Source of the DNA: Octopus vulgaris
Lineage: Eukaryota
NCBI GenBank assembly: GCA_951406725.2
Contig: OX597835.1
Coordinates: forward strand, 2,852,001 to 2,916,000
Reading direction: 5' to 3'
DNA: 64,000 bases
In this document: one piece after another, positions 14,379-27,069 of the stretch
How the letters are laid out: every line of letters begins with the position of its first letter
How positions within the stretch are numbered: the first letter of the stretch is position 1
Translations under genes and position numbers: made by a program
Notes under the pieces: model-generated
What the model was told of the DNA's origin: nothing
The model's input: only the letters and a program-made list of their open reading frames with translations
The model's database searches: none

Positions 14379-14640
14379 TAATAATAAATAAATGCGCCCT
14401 TTTAAAGCCTAACCAGGTTCGTGGGCCCAGTTTCCCGGTTTCTATAACGTATGTGTTCCCCAGCTGGACGGGACGCCAGTCCATCGCAGCGTTACTCCTT
14501 TTTGCCCGCTGAGTGGACTGGAGCAACGTGAAATGAAGTGTTTTGCTCAAGAACACAACGCGTAGACCGGTCCAGGAGTCGAAACCACAATCTTACGATC
14601 ATGATGCTGACACCCTAACCACTAAGCCACGCGCCTCCAC
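14379..14640 (-). mobile_element. tRNA-derived SINE family C (CORE-like central domain)
   Basis: Minus: GGAGGCGCGTGGCTTAGTGGTTAGG (A box), GGTTTCGACTCC (B box), TGTGTTCTTGAGCAAAACACTT..CCACTCAGC, GCGATGGACTGGCGTCCCGTCCAG, (TTA) tail; related heads at 14815-14935, 18640-18745 and 49137-49280. Confidence 0.85.
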
Positions 14641-15098
14641 TTCTAATACTTGGTATAGCAGTTACTTAACAATTATGCAAGAAGCAGACTGGATTATGAA
14701 AATCTATATTGAGCTCTAAACGTAGCAGTAATTGCCGTACATCTACTGCTAAGCAGAATTTCTATGTGTATGTGTTCGTGTCTCTGTGTGTGCATATTTA
14801 GTGTGTGTGTGTGAGGGCGCGTGGCATAATGGTTAGGATGTGGTACTCACATTCGCGAGATTCTGAGTTCCATTCCTAGACAAGGTGGTGCTTTGTGTTC
14901 TTGATCCACAGGTTTCATTTCACGCTACTCTGCAATCGCTTCATACCTGACACGTGGTCCGCAGTGCATCTGTTCAGGCTGTTTCGATTTGATAGAGGGA
15001 GTGAGATAATGCATAACACATACATTCGATCCCTGTAAACAAATTTCTTTCGGCAGTAAGAAACCGTCGGTCTTGGGCCCGAGAGACTTCCATACCAC

Positions 15099-15844
15099 CA
15101 GGCACGTAGCCACGGGGAGGGGGGGGCTATGGGGTGTTCCACCCCAGTGAGAATTTCAGCCAAGGTATGAGAATCTGTTTTATCCACTTTTGAAATAATA
15201 CATTGTCGCTGCCTTCGTTTTTTTTTTCTCACAAGCAATATCTTAAGTCGTTAAAGATACAATAAATTGAATTTCTTTTGATTTAGTAGTTAGTGATATG
15301 AAAACGTGGGTAAATTAGAGCTGGTCAAAAGACCCTTAGGTAAAAACGCACCCTAAGACAAGAGCCCCTCAAACAAACCCCACCCCATATTTAAAGTATG
15401 TAAATGTTTTTTTTTTTTTACAACCGCGTTTTCCGTTTTTGTTCATTTGAAACTTATAAAAATAATATTTTAAAGATTTGGCTGTTGTCTCTAACATGTT
15501 GAAGGACTTTTTAGGCTTAACTATGTGCTTGTTGAAAATCATAAAAAAAAATATTGGAGTCGATACATTCGACTAAAAATTCTTCGAGGTGATGCCCCAG
15601 CATGGCCTCAGTTTAATGACTGCAACAAGTAAAATGAAAATAAAAACGAAATATATCAGAAGTTTTGACCAGGCTAGGGGTCAAGAATTGTGACCCCCCC
15701 CCCAAAAAAATAACCGAAAAATATAAGCAAGGGACTTTTGTCCACTTTCACACTTTAAGTAGGGGCTTTTGTCCGTACCTCTGTTCAGCACCCCCGGCTA
15801 TCGGGGATAGTACCCCCAGTTGCAATCGGTTGACTACGTAGCTG
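15099..15844. mobile_element. Non-autonomous hAT-type DNA transposon
   Basis: Imperfect TIRs CAGGCACGTAGCCA / (rc) CAGCTACGTAGTCA, flanked by exact 8-bp TSD CATACCAC (15091-15098, 15845-15852); contains a SINE B tail fragment near 15555-15645. Confidence 0.8.
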
Positions 15845-16129
15845 CATACCACCCATCAAAAAGACGTTGAAATGATAAGGTCAGACTAAACTTCTCTAGA
15901 ACATTTGCCCTTGATAACTGATTAAACTTGAATGCTGATGTTTTTCGAGAAGCAGGTCGTATGCGTCACGGATCATAATCAGGAGGTCTACTAAATCAAG
16001 GTGTTTGTTATCGTTAGCTTGCCATTCAGAAAGTCTTGTCAGTAGTTTACTCATGAGAGACCCAAGACTTTGGTAGTGTCTTATCAATATCTGGCCCATA
16101 CGATTTGCACTAATTTGGTTCAAGGGAAC

Positions 16130-16330
16130 CAGCTGGTAGAATCCTTAGTACTACGGTCGCAAGGTTTTAGCATCATTTTGCGCGCCTCTACGTTCTGAAT
16201 ACTAATCCCGCTGAAGTCGTCTTTGCCTTTCATCCAATCGGAAAGTATCAAATAAGTAGCAGTTGAACACTGGAACCGACATAATCGACTAGCACCTTCC
16301 GCAAAACTTCAGGCCTTGTTCCCAAAGTAG
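16130..16330 (+). mobile_element. SINE family A, degenerate copy
   Basis: AGCTGGTAGAATCCTTAG head, CTTTGCCTTTCATCC body. Confidence 0.7.
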
Positions 16331-17144
16331 AAACAAAAGTAAGGTTCTAACTTGGTCCTATGCCTTAAATCTTTCTCTTTTTGTTGCTGTTGTTTTTTCT
16401 CCTGTCCTACTTCTTATCTGGCGCAGGGAGCAGATAATTTGTCATCTGGCGGCTACAAAATTTAATAGGAAAAACAATGCTATGTCGTCCCTGCCTTGTA
16501 AGTTCTCTTCATATGATAAAAATAGGAACCACATTTTCCTCAATTCTAACATTCCAATATTAGTGGCATATACGTATATATGTATATATGCACACGATGG
16601 GATGCTGAAAAAGCCCTGGTTTGGGGTAAAAGAAAATGCAAGAGGATCAGTTAACTATGATGTTATTCAACATATTACCCTCTCAGATTCACACACTTAT
16701 TGCAGTGGTCCTTCAATTTTCCTAAGCTCTGTAAAAGAACTCGGAAGGCTGGGTTTCTAACCAGGCTTTTCACGATATCCTTAAAACCAGGAATTTTGCA
16801 GCACCCCTCGGTATGTGTGTGTATGTGTATGTGTTTATGTGTATATGAGTGTGTTGTGTGTATGTGTGTATATGTGTGTATGTGTGTGTTTGTACGTATG
16901 TATATATGTACGAATGTATGTATGTATGTATGTATGTATGTATGTATGTATGTATGTATGCACGTATGTATGTACTATGTACGAATGTATGTATGCATGC
17001 GTGCATGCTTGTATGTATATATGTATGTATGTATGTACAATGTACGAATGTATGTATGTATGTATGTATGTATGTATGTATGTATGTATGTATGTATGTT
17101 TGTATGTATGTATGTATGTACAATGTACGAATGTATGTATTACG

Positions 17145-17176
<32 letters not shown>

Positions 17177-17501
17177 CGACATGATGATCACGGCTGCAAC
17201 GTCTGTGATCCTATCTTTGTCTCCGGAGCCAAGACTGACTTGAGACTAACCAACAACGAAAAGCAGTACTCAGTACACAGCTACAGCCATGTTGTCCGCA
17301 TATTGTATGAGAAAACTGTTGAATTTCTGTAGCTGCTATCCTCCTCTCTGGTCGCTGATAGGTCAGAATTGTTGGTTAGCTACGGGTGGGAATTTCTATA
17401 TTAGTAAAGAATATATTAAATAGTGCATACGTACTTATATATACTGAGACACAAACACGCTTACGTGTATGTGTGAGTGTGTCGTATATAATCTATCAGT
17501 A

Positions 17502-17711
<210 letters not shown>

Positions 17712-18544
17712 AAATATTTATAGAGAAGGAGAGAGGGAGAGAGTGTGTGAGAGAGAGGGGGGGGGGCGGAAGATAATGATGCAAATAAACAAATAAAACC
17801 GCTTGGGTTATACATGCAAAATATACATACATACATGTATACCTGTAAACAAAGAGACAGTAGACTGGAAATTTTCAGACGATGAATATTCATGTATATA
17901 GATGTGCATAGATTCGTTTCTTTATTGCCCACAGGATATGGGTGGGTGGGTGGGGGAGCTGAACATAGGGGGGTCAGACAAGGACAGACAAGGACAGACA
18001 AACGCATTAAGTCGATTACATCGACCTCAGTGCGTAAAATATAAGAAGGCTGAAAGAATAACTGAATAATTATTGGGTTCCTTCTTCCCTTTTAGTTTCT
18101 GTTGGAGTTGTACAAAGTTCAACAAAGTAACCAGCATCTTCTGTAATTGACAATTGTTGTCATAGTTGTTGTTGCTGTGGTCTTCTTCTTCTTCTTCTTC
18201 TTCTTCTTCTTCTTCTTCTTCTTCTTCTTCTTCTTCTTCTTCTTCTTCTTCTTCTTCTTCTTCTTCCAATCAGGACTACGCCATTAGCCACAAAGAATAA
18301 TCTCTAATTCGGGCCTATTCTAAACCACTAAGAACGCGTGTGGCAACTTGAAGATCCACCCACCACACACGATAGACTGGCGGTTGCACGGGCGCGAAAG
18401 CTACGTTGTTATTCTCATTCCGTAAACGGTGGCATTTTAACGGGTGGAAAGCTGCACCATCCTGGGGTACAGAGGATTCACAATCTAGACTAGGATCTGA
18501 AAGTTTACCACAGCATAGTGGGTTACGCCATGGTTCCTCTGCTT

Positions 18545-18745
18545 TGTGGCAGAAGTAGGAAGAAAGAGTGAGAGAAAGTTGTGGTGAAAGAGTACAGCGG
18601 GTTTTACCACTACCCCCACCAGAGCCTCGTGGAGCTTAGGTATTTTTGCTCAATAAACACTCACAATGTCCGATCTGGGAATCGAAACCGCTCTCTTACG
18701 ACCGCGAGTCCGCTGCCCTAACCACTGGGCCATTGCGCCTCCACT
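18545..18745 (-). mobile_element. tRNA-headed SINE (family C-like head, different body)
   Basis: Minus: GGAGGCGCAATGGCCCAGTGGTTAGGGCAGCGGACTCGCGGTCGT...GGTTTCGATTCCCAG, then TTTATTGAGCAAAAATACC. Confidence 0.7.
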
Positions 18746-19498
18746 GTTGCTGTGGTTGTTATTGCTTCCGTTTCATAACTTCTCGTGAAACAAAGTCTTC
18801 GAGTTTTGCACATGTTCAAACTGGTAGACAGCAAATGTGTATAAAGATTATATATTTAGGCGCAGATTTGTCTGTTCGTAGAATCATGGAGCTATCACAG
18901 AGAGCGGAGCGACTCGTAGTCCACACAGCACTCCAATATGTAGGAATATAATCCAGAATTCTATCCAGCTGAAATCTTCCAGGTTCAATCGATGAGACTA
19001 TTTCATGACAAGTATATAAACCGTAAAGAATCAGGTGGTCTCAGAGGTGATTATATTTAATTAAACCACCGTAGTCCTAAGGATCTTAGGATTACGAATG
19101 TTTCGCAGCCTTCGTCAGGCATTAATAATCTCGGTGTATAATAAATTGTTTTACATGCCTGCACTAACAAGCATTCTATGCATTATGAAATGCATTATAG
19201 GCATTATGAGATACACTTTTATGTTTAAAAATCAGTGCAGATAGAGAAAGCTAGCTCATCAGATCATTAGAACACCATAGTTACCCCAATCTCGAGATTT
19301 ACAAATATACAAATGTATTGCATATTGGATAATGCATAGCTTAGATATTAGTGCATACATGTAAAATAATACATTATACACTAAAATTATTACTTGAACA
19401 AGGCTGGGAAACGGCCTTAACCCTAAGGATGACAAGCGGTTAAATAAATATATTCACCTCTGACATCTCTCTTCTTAGGGTTAACACCCACACAAACG

Positions 19499-19549
<51 letters not shown>

Positions 19550-19613
19550 CTATCTAATTAATTGTTTTTCAGTAACAGCTGTGTAGATGCTTCCTGAAGT
19601 GGAATGCGATCAA

Positions 19614-19694
<81 letters not shown>

Positions 19695-19952
19695 ACTTCA
19701 AATTGAATAGAAGATTTGAAAACCACCTTATGAATGTCCTTAGAAGAGACACGAAACAATTGTAGTGGCGAATTTAATTTTATTTAATTTATATAAAATT
19801 TTTATGTATTGGATTAAGTCTTTCTTTGTTTGATTTGCATAATAGTGGTTTTGTCTCTAATTAATATTATATAATATTTTACTATAAAATTGGATTCAAT
19901 CCTAAATCTGATTTTTCCCTGTAAATTTGGATTTATTCCCTAATATTTATTA

Positions 19953-19955
<3 letters not shown>
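19695..19955 (+). mobile_element. (TA)n-embedded PLE pseudo-LTR-like repeat with degenerate hammerhead at 19723-19768
   Basis: CCAC-CTTATGA-ATGTC..GACAC-GAAA-CAATTG-TA-GTGG; partial second copy near 35050-35125. Confidence 0.65.
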
Positions 19956-20008
<53 letters not shown>

Positions 20009-20018
20009 GTATATATAC

Positions 20019-20082
<64 letters not shown>

Positions 20083-20109
20083 TTATACACGTGTGTGTGT
20101 GAACTTGAT

Positions 20110-21400
20110 AGGTTTGAAAAAAACATTGCAAGGGTCATCATATTTGAAGAAACTTTCCATATGTTGAGCACTTTTTGCTGTTTTTCACCTTTTCAAATAT
20201 ATCGTGTCATAAGGGAATCAGTATAGCTGTAGTTATTTTAGTAGACGTTTTCACTATATCTGTTTTATTTTCGGATTTAGAGTTTTTATAAAACTATTCT
20301 TTATTTTGCATTTAGTAGTTGATAGCTTTTTTTTAATTATGAAAGAAATAAAATAGTTTGAATGTTTCATTTGCAAAAATATCTGCATTTTCTCCACGGA
20401 ACATTTCTAAGAGATGGATCAACGATATTATTTCTTATCTATCTTAATCCTATCGAAGAATTTAGTCGATATAATTCTCTTGCATTGCAGACATGTGATG
20501 CAGTAAATGATCTTTTATTTATTTATATTTTTTTGGCAATTCCTATTTCCATTAACTGTCAATTGCTCTTCAGTTTTTAATCTTTTAGTTTGACCCCTGT
20601 TCTGTTAATTCCCAAACACCACAGCGAAGGCCACCACACTTTGTTACCCTCATTATTTCTTCTGGTGTGAATTTTACCTATTTTGAGAATCATTTTAACG
20701 ATTTGGTGGTTGTCATCGACTCGAAATAATTTGAAAATCTATGACAGGCATAGAATTGGCAGATATTGTGTAGGATAACGTAAGATCGCATGATTTATAT
20801 GAATATATGTCACTATAAATAGAATATTTATATTTTCGTCTCATTGTGAAAAAAATTCAGTAGATTATTTATTCGTTTTTCTGTTGACTCGGTTTTTTTT
20901 TTTTTTAGGCGTATTTTTTGTCTTGGGAGGAATATTTCTCTTCGCCATTTATCCTTCTCCCTTACTCGATCCATAACTTTGGTACATGTACGTTGTGCCA
21001 TATGCTGAAAGGTAAGATTTAAAGTCTAATATTGGAGTGTATCCATGTCCTTGCAGTAGAGGTCAGTTGTAATATTGCTGTTTTTCTTAATTACCACAAT
21101 CTCCATAAACGGAAGCTTATTTTCATTTATTTAATTGCAACATGAATTGAAAGGATTTATGAATGGTATTTATTAATTCCAGGAACATCCTAAGGTTTTC
21201 CTTGCTTCTGTTTCAAAATATGAAAAACTCATCCACGATTCTATTCCAATATTTCATTTTAAAGAAATTTGGAATCGATCACCAACAGATGCGGTATTCA
21301 CTTTTTCTTCGAGGACGCCCATCATAACAATTGCAAGCGTAGGTACAGCTTTCGTAACCTTTGAGATTCCGTGGATCAGTTATTAAAGAACTTCTTTTCT
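20110..21400 (-). mobile_element. Highly degenerate Penelope-like element RT remnant
   Basis: Minus: TKAVPTLAIVMMGVLEEKV (MGTxxAPxYAxLxMG motif), KYWNRIVDEFFIF (RYIDD motif), KLPFMEIVVIKKNSNITTDLYCKDMDT. Confidence 0.8.
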
Positions 21401-21652
21401 TAACACCAGTCGTGACCCTATACTTTTCCCAAATGGAAAACTAAAAAATCCCTATTTTTTCAAAATGCAGAAAGACAATAATCAACTACAAAAGCAAAGG
21501 AAAATCTAGTTTATAAGAATTCAAAATCTGAAAATACTCTGGAAATGGTCAACATCACTTCTAGAAACAAATGCTTCTCTACACCTTAAGTTATAACGCA
21601 TGTGTTTGGCAATATTCAAGACTTATAACTTAACAATTACTTTCTTCTTCTT

Positions 21653-21691
<39 letters not shown>

Positions 21692-21763
21692 AATAAAATG
21701 TGTATATGTATATATAAATATATATATGTATTGCATATATATAAATATATATATAATATTTAC

Positions 21764-21801
<38 letters not shown>

Positions 21802-21967
21802 ATATATATATATGTATATATTACACACATATATATATTTAATATATGTATAAGTGTGTCTATTTGTGCACCCCACCATCGCTTGACAATGCTGGTGTCT
21901 TTGTCGCCGTAACTTAGATAGATAGATAATATATACATACATATACATACGTACATACATACATACA

Positions 21968-22025
<58 letters not shown>

Positions 22026-22660
22026 TATATATATGTTTACATATATGTGTGGGTGTCTGTATGTGTCCACTATCTTCACATGCATATCACACACACACAC
22101 ACACACACTCCCGCGCGCGTGAGCTGGTAGTACTGTTTGTGTATATCATATTTTGTTATTCTACAAACTACAATACTGTTTGAGGAGACGCGGAAAGTAA
22201 TCGAACACAAACACAAGATGATTACGGAGCGAGTTTATTCAAACACAAGTAATGTTCCCAGTCTATTCTCCAGAATTAATGCTATCAACAACTCTGCAAC
22301 ATATTTCATCTTCCAGTGAACATTCTTACATGAAGTCTTCTGTAGTGTTTTTGTACAATTCAATATGAATATATATACTCCGTTGTTAGAGATGCGTGGT
22401 CTGCCGTCGAGAAAATGTGGTATTTATTTGGCCAGTGTAATAGCAAATGTCATGAAGCCACAGCATTGTTCTTCTCACCGGAATTCTTTCGGTATATGGA
22501 AAGCCTGGAATATATTCTTTCATTCAGTATTATACTTATGAATGTACAGGAACGCCTACGAATACACGTCGAAATAGAAGTTCTCTCTTCATTCTTTCCT
22601 CCGCGTTTCTCTCTCTGTTTCTTTATATATATATACATACATTCTTTTTATATATATATA

Positions 22661-22910
22661 TACGTTCGTTGGTTTCTTCCGAGAAATCTAATGGTCTTAG
22701 CTTTGGTTTTCGTTGACGCTGGCCAGATTGGAGCAATCTCATGTATGATCAGCCGAAATTGCGAAGATAATCTGGTACATGAGTGAGGAAAGCAAACTTC
22801 GAATGACCCGTCCCTGTTTTCTTTATATCTTCTATCTGGATGTTTTGTTGTCCCTTTTTTGTAGCACCTAGCACTCCGGATGTTTTGCGTTCTTGTCCCA
22901 TTTTGTATTA
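22661..22910 (+). mobile_element. (TA)n-embedded dispersed repeat; inverted copy at 45836-46045
   Basis: GCTGGCCAGATTGGAGCAATCTC...CCGGATGTTTTGCGTTCTTGTCCCA matches the reverse complement of 45836-46045. Confidence 0.8.
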
Positions 22911-23064
22911 TATATATATATATAAGTTCAGCAAAAATTTAGATTCAAATGAATATGGTACTTAATTTTAGATGCACCAGAATTCTGTATGGTGTTATCC
23001 ATAAAAATCCGTTAAGTGAATATAATCAAAATAAGCAACAAGTCATTCTTGTTGCTTATTTTGA

Positions 23065-23130
<66 letters not shown>

Positions 23131-23133
<3 letters not shown>

Positions 23134-23333
23134 AGATCATTAGCTGCTACACGCATTTTTTTCTCTCCTTGTTTCTCTCCGTGTTTTTTTTTGTGTATCT
23201 TTCTGTCGAAGAGCGTAGGCTCGAAACGTAAAAGACTTGTTCTATTTCTATTCCTGAGCGCCATACTAATACATTTGTTTGTTTGTATTCCACCTGCCTT
23301 CGTCTTCTGTTTATTTTCGTAAACCTTCCCGTT
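23131..23333 (+). mobile_element. (TA)n-embedded pseudo-LTR-like repeat with hammerhead-like motif at 23198-23235
   Basis: TCTTT-CTGTCGA-A-GAGC gtag GCTC-GAAA-CG-TA-AAAGA; partial copy lacking the motif at 9665-9762. Confidence 0.65.
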
Positions 23334-23359
23334 ATATATATATATATATATATATTGAT

Positions 23360-24214
23360 TATAATAAAGGGTATTCCATAGTAAAAATCGATGAGTATCT
23401 ACGCATACGTATACGAGCAGCGACCTCGTATGGCAATATATATACACACTCATAGAATATGCTGTAAAATAGAATTCTCATCTGTCTTTTTCAAACACGT
23501 GTAGTATATCAAAACATACTCTGCAGTGAATGCAATTTTAATCAAGATTAAATTTTTCAAATATTAATCATAATAAAAGGTAATCATCATTAATTACTTT
23601 ACCAAGGGGGTTTAGCGTGGAAATAAAAATAAAAACCTTATAGGTAAATTTTATAATTATTTTAATAATTATATAGATAATTATAACAAGGGATTGACTA
23701 TAGGTCTCTCACGCGCTAGAAAAATAGACGCCTAAATATGCTAATACCACCTAAAAAACTCCGAAAAATAAAACACGGGCTGTAGTCGGGCAAAAGAAAG
23801 ATAATTGATTAAATTTTTGGTGAACCGTGTATAAGATCCGGTTTTAAGATTAAACCAAAAAAAAATTTCCTGTTCTTATCAGCAACGATATTCCATAGTA
23901 TGAAACGATGAGTATCTACGCATACGTATACGAGCAGTGACTTCGTACAGCAATATATATACACACACTCGTAGAAATATATAGTAAAGTAGAATTATTA
24001 TCTCTCTTTTACAACCACGCTTAGTATATCAAAATATACGTATGTGTAGATACTCGTCAATATATACTATGGAATGTCGTTGCTGTTGAGAGCAGTAAGT
24101 AGAATCTTTTTTACTTTAAGTTCTTAAGGTGGTAATAGCGTCTTTAGGCGTCTATTTTTCTAGCACGTGGCGTGGCTTATAGTCATTCCTGTGTTATACT
24201 TATGTATATAATTA

Positions 24215-24220
<6 letters not shown>
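23360..24220. repeat. Complex direct plus nested inverted repeat block
   Basis: 23372-23520 repeats directly at 23890-24040; 23870-23930 is inverted at 24035-24095; 23660-23758 is inverted at 24118-24220. Confidence 0.8.
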
Positions 24221-24249
<29 letters not shown>

Positions 24250-24393
24250 AAAGCAATTCAGATTCAAGTGAGTTCTATTGAATTCACTTGAATGCAGTAC
24301 TTAACTTAGATGCACCAGAAAACTATATGGTATTAACCATACAATAATGTGGGGTGATTATAAACAAGAAAAAAGCAACAAGAATGGATTAGT

Positions 24394-24485
24394 TTTTCGG
24401 TACAATTGTTTCATACGAAGACCAGCTTTATTAGAAGCTGCAAATATTGCAGCAAATACAAGTGTCCCATACTCATCAGCCAAAA
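24394..24485 (-). ncRNA. Type-I hammerhead ribozyme (canonical core) in (TA)n-embedded repeat 24247-24545
   Basis: Minus: TTTTGG-CTGATGA-GTATG..(long P2)..CGTAT-GAAA-CAATTG-TA-CCGAAA; palindromic P3 ACAATTGT, GUA triplet. Confidence 0.78.
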
Positions 24486-24548
24486 CACATATGAGTTCTC
24501 CAAGCATCCTAGTGGGTGAGGCTAGACTAATGAAGTATGGTTATATAT

Positions 24549-24590
<42 letters not shown>

Positions 24591-24712
24591 GTTATGAGAG
24601 GTAATGGTGTCAAGAAGACCGAAAGGTGTCAGGTAACGCTGAGTAAGTGCTAGGGACAGACTATAGTTAAGCTCCAGGTTCGGTGATTATGCGAATGAGG
24701 AGTCCATATAAA

Positions 24713-24832
24713 AAAATTAACAGAATGAGATAAAAAAAAACCAAGGCTGTAAAGATTTCAGAACATTTATAAATATTTATAAATGTTCTGAAATATTTAC
24801 AGCCTTGGATTTTTATCTCATTCTGTTAATTT
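24713..24832. repeat. Near-perfect 120-bp palindrome
   Basis: AAATTAACAGAATGAGATAAAA..CCAAGGCTGTAAA..TTCAGAACATTTATAAAT mirrored by ATTTATAAATGTTCTGAA..TTTACAGCCTTGG..TTTTATCTCATTCTGTTAATTT. Confidence 0.9.
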
Positions 24833-24839
24833 AATATAT

Positions 24840-25235
24840 GAGTAGCTGTGTGGTAAGTAGTTTGCTTACTAACCGCATGGTTCCGGGTTCAGTCCCACTG
24901 CGTGGCACCTTGGGCAAGTGTCTTCTACTATAGCCTCGGGCCGACCATAGCCTTGTGAGTGGATTTTGTAGACGGAAACTGAAAGAAGCCCGTCGTATAT
25001 ATATATGTACGTTTGTGTATATGCTTATGTGCCTGTGTTTTACCCCATAACATCCCTTGACATCAGATTCTGGTGTGTTTACGTCCCCGTAACTTAGTGG
25101 TTCGGCCTAAGAGACCGATAGAATAAGTACTAGGCTTACAAAGAATAAGTCCTGGTGGTCGATTTGCTCGACTTAAGGCGGTGCTCTAGCATGGCCGCAG
25201 TCAAATGACTGAAACAAGTAAAAGAGTAAAAGAGT
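24840..25235 (+). mobile_element. tRNA-derived SINE family B, near full-length, followed by an extra tail to about 25345
   Basis: GCTGTGTGGTAAG (A box), GGTTCAGTCCC (B box), CCTTGGGCAAGTGTCTT core, tail GGCGGTGCTCTAGCATGGCCGCAGTCAAATGACTGAAACAAG(TAAAAGAG)n. Confidence 0.9.
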
Positions 25236-26033
25236 TAGAATAAGTATCAAACCTAAAATAAAGTCCTGGCGTCGATTCAATTGATTGAAATTTTTTTAGA
25301 ACGGGCGGTGCTCCAGCATGACCGCAGTCTAATGACTGAAATGATCACAAAATAACAGGTGAAAGGTAAAAGGTGAAACAATTGTTTGAACTCCTACTTA
25401 AAGCTCGAGATTCAATAAGTAAATAAATAAATAAATTAATTGATCAACCTTCTGTGAATTTGGACGTTTTCTGCTGTTATTGCGATAATATTTATATTTT
25501 TAATAGTAATTTATTATTTTTTTATATAGGGGTCTTGTGCTCATTTGGTAAGGAGTGAATGAGAATAAATTCAGAAAAAAACTGTAACCAAATTACAAAA
25601 GGAAAACTGTAAGAAAAAAATATTTTGTTACAAGTGATAACCCAGAAAATTCAAGAAACCGGAAAAATATAATAAAACGAACGAAATAAAATCGTAAAGT
25701 GGAAAAGAAAAGGTCGAATCTATTAAGTAGTAGAATGTTAGCAATACACTGAAAATATCAAGGAAATTTTGATGGAAATCTATAATTTACTAAAAAGATA
25801 AATAAATTTTACAATGCTGACATTTACTTCAAATTTACGTATTTTGAATTTCTTATACTTAAGTTTTCTTTTTATTGGTTTTAGTTCTCCACTTTTTTTC
25901 TCTCCTTCCTTCGCCAGTTCAGAATAATATTGATACTTTATTTGATTTCATATATTCCGTTTAAAGAAAGTGGGTTATAGATATATGTGTATATGTTTAT
26001 ATGTGCTGTGCCTATGTCTGTGTGTATGTACAA

Positions 26034-26109
<76 letters not shown>

Positions 26110-26110
<1 letters not shown>

Positions 26111-26480
26111 ACGTAAAGTATACTAGCCATTTCAATAAGGCTAACCAATAAGGGTGGGTGTTACTGTAGCTTGTAGCCCCAGGAGATCATCGTCTCCAGC
26201 TGGCTTTAGGCACACTTTCTGTGCCCTTATGGTATTTGCAAAGGGAGGTCATCCCTCTCTCGTAAACCTAAGTGATACGCACGGACTGCAGTTTCGAGGT
26301 ATTTGCCTCTTGTCAACGTACGGCAATCACCGGTTTTCGATGAGGAGACCTGTTTGTAAATATCTATTTAATGTTTCTCCCAGTAACTACTGTCCCTGAT
26401 TTCGAAAAACTGTCTGCAAGCAATAATAAATCTCTGAACGAGATGCAAACAGTAACCGCTCGACAACGTAAAGTATACTA
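26110..26480 (-). mobile_element. Retrozyme/pseudo-LTR-like 355-nt unit with 16-bp terminal direct repeats
   Basis: AACGTAAAGTATACTA at 26110-26125 and 26465-26480; contains hammerhead at 26278-26322; no recognisable ORF. Confidence 0.7.
26278..26322 (-). ncRNA. Minimal type-I hammerhead ribozyme variant (U3-A8 core)
   Basis: Minus: CGTACG-TTGACAA-GAGG caaata CCTC-GAAA-CTGCAG-TC-CGTGCG; P1 6 bp (one GU), P2 4 bp, palindromic P3 ACTGCAGT, GUC triplet. Confidence 0.82.
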
Positions 26481-26489
26481 TTCCGCAGT

Positions 26490-27069
<580 letters not shown>

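Noticed and set aside
14560-14640. tRNA-like sequences at SINE heads (also 18670-18745 and 49137-49205)
   Set aside because: A/B boxes run directly into SINE bodies and no complete cloverleaf was found, so not called as tRNA genes
18270-18550. GC-richer segment with an open minus-strand frame
   Set aside because: No recognisable domain, start or splice context
19088-19130. Minus-strand CTGACGA-AGGCTGC-GAAA-CATTCG-TA hammerhead-like core
   Set aside because: No P2 stem and no adjacent P1 pairing; at best a deleted remnant
22705-22780. GCTG...CAGCC-GAAA stem suggestive of a hammerhead
   Set aside because: No recognisable NUGANNA core in either copy (22661 or 45836)
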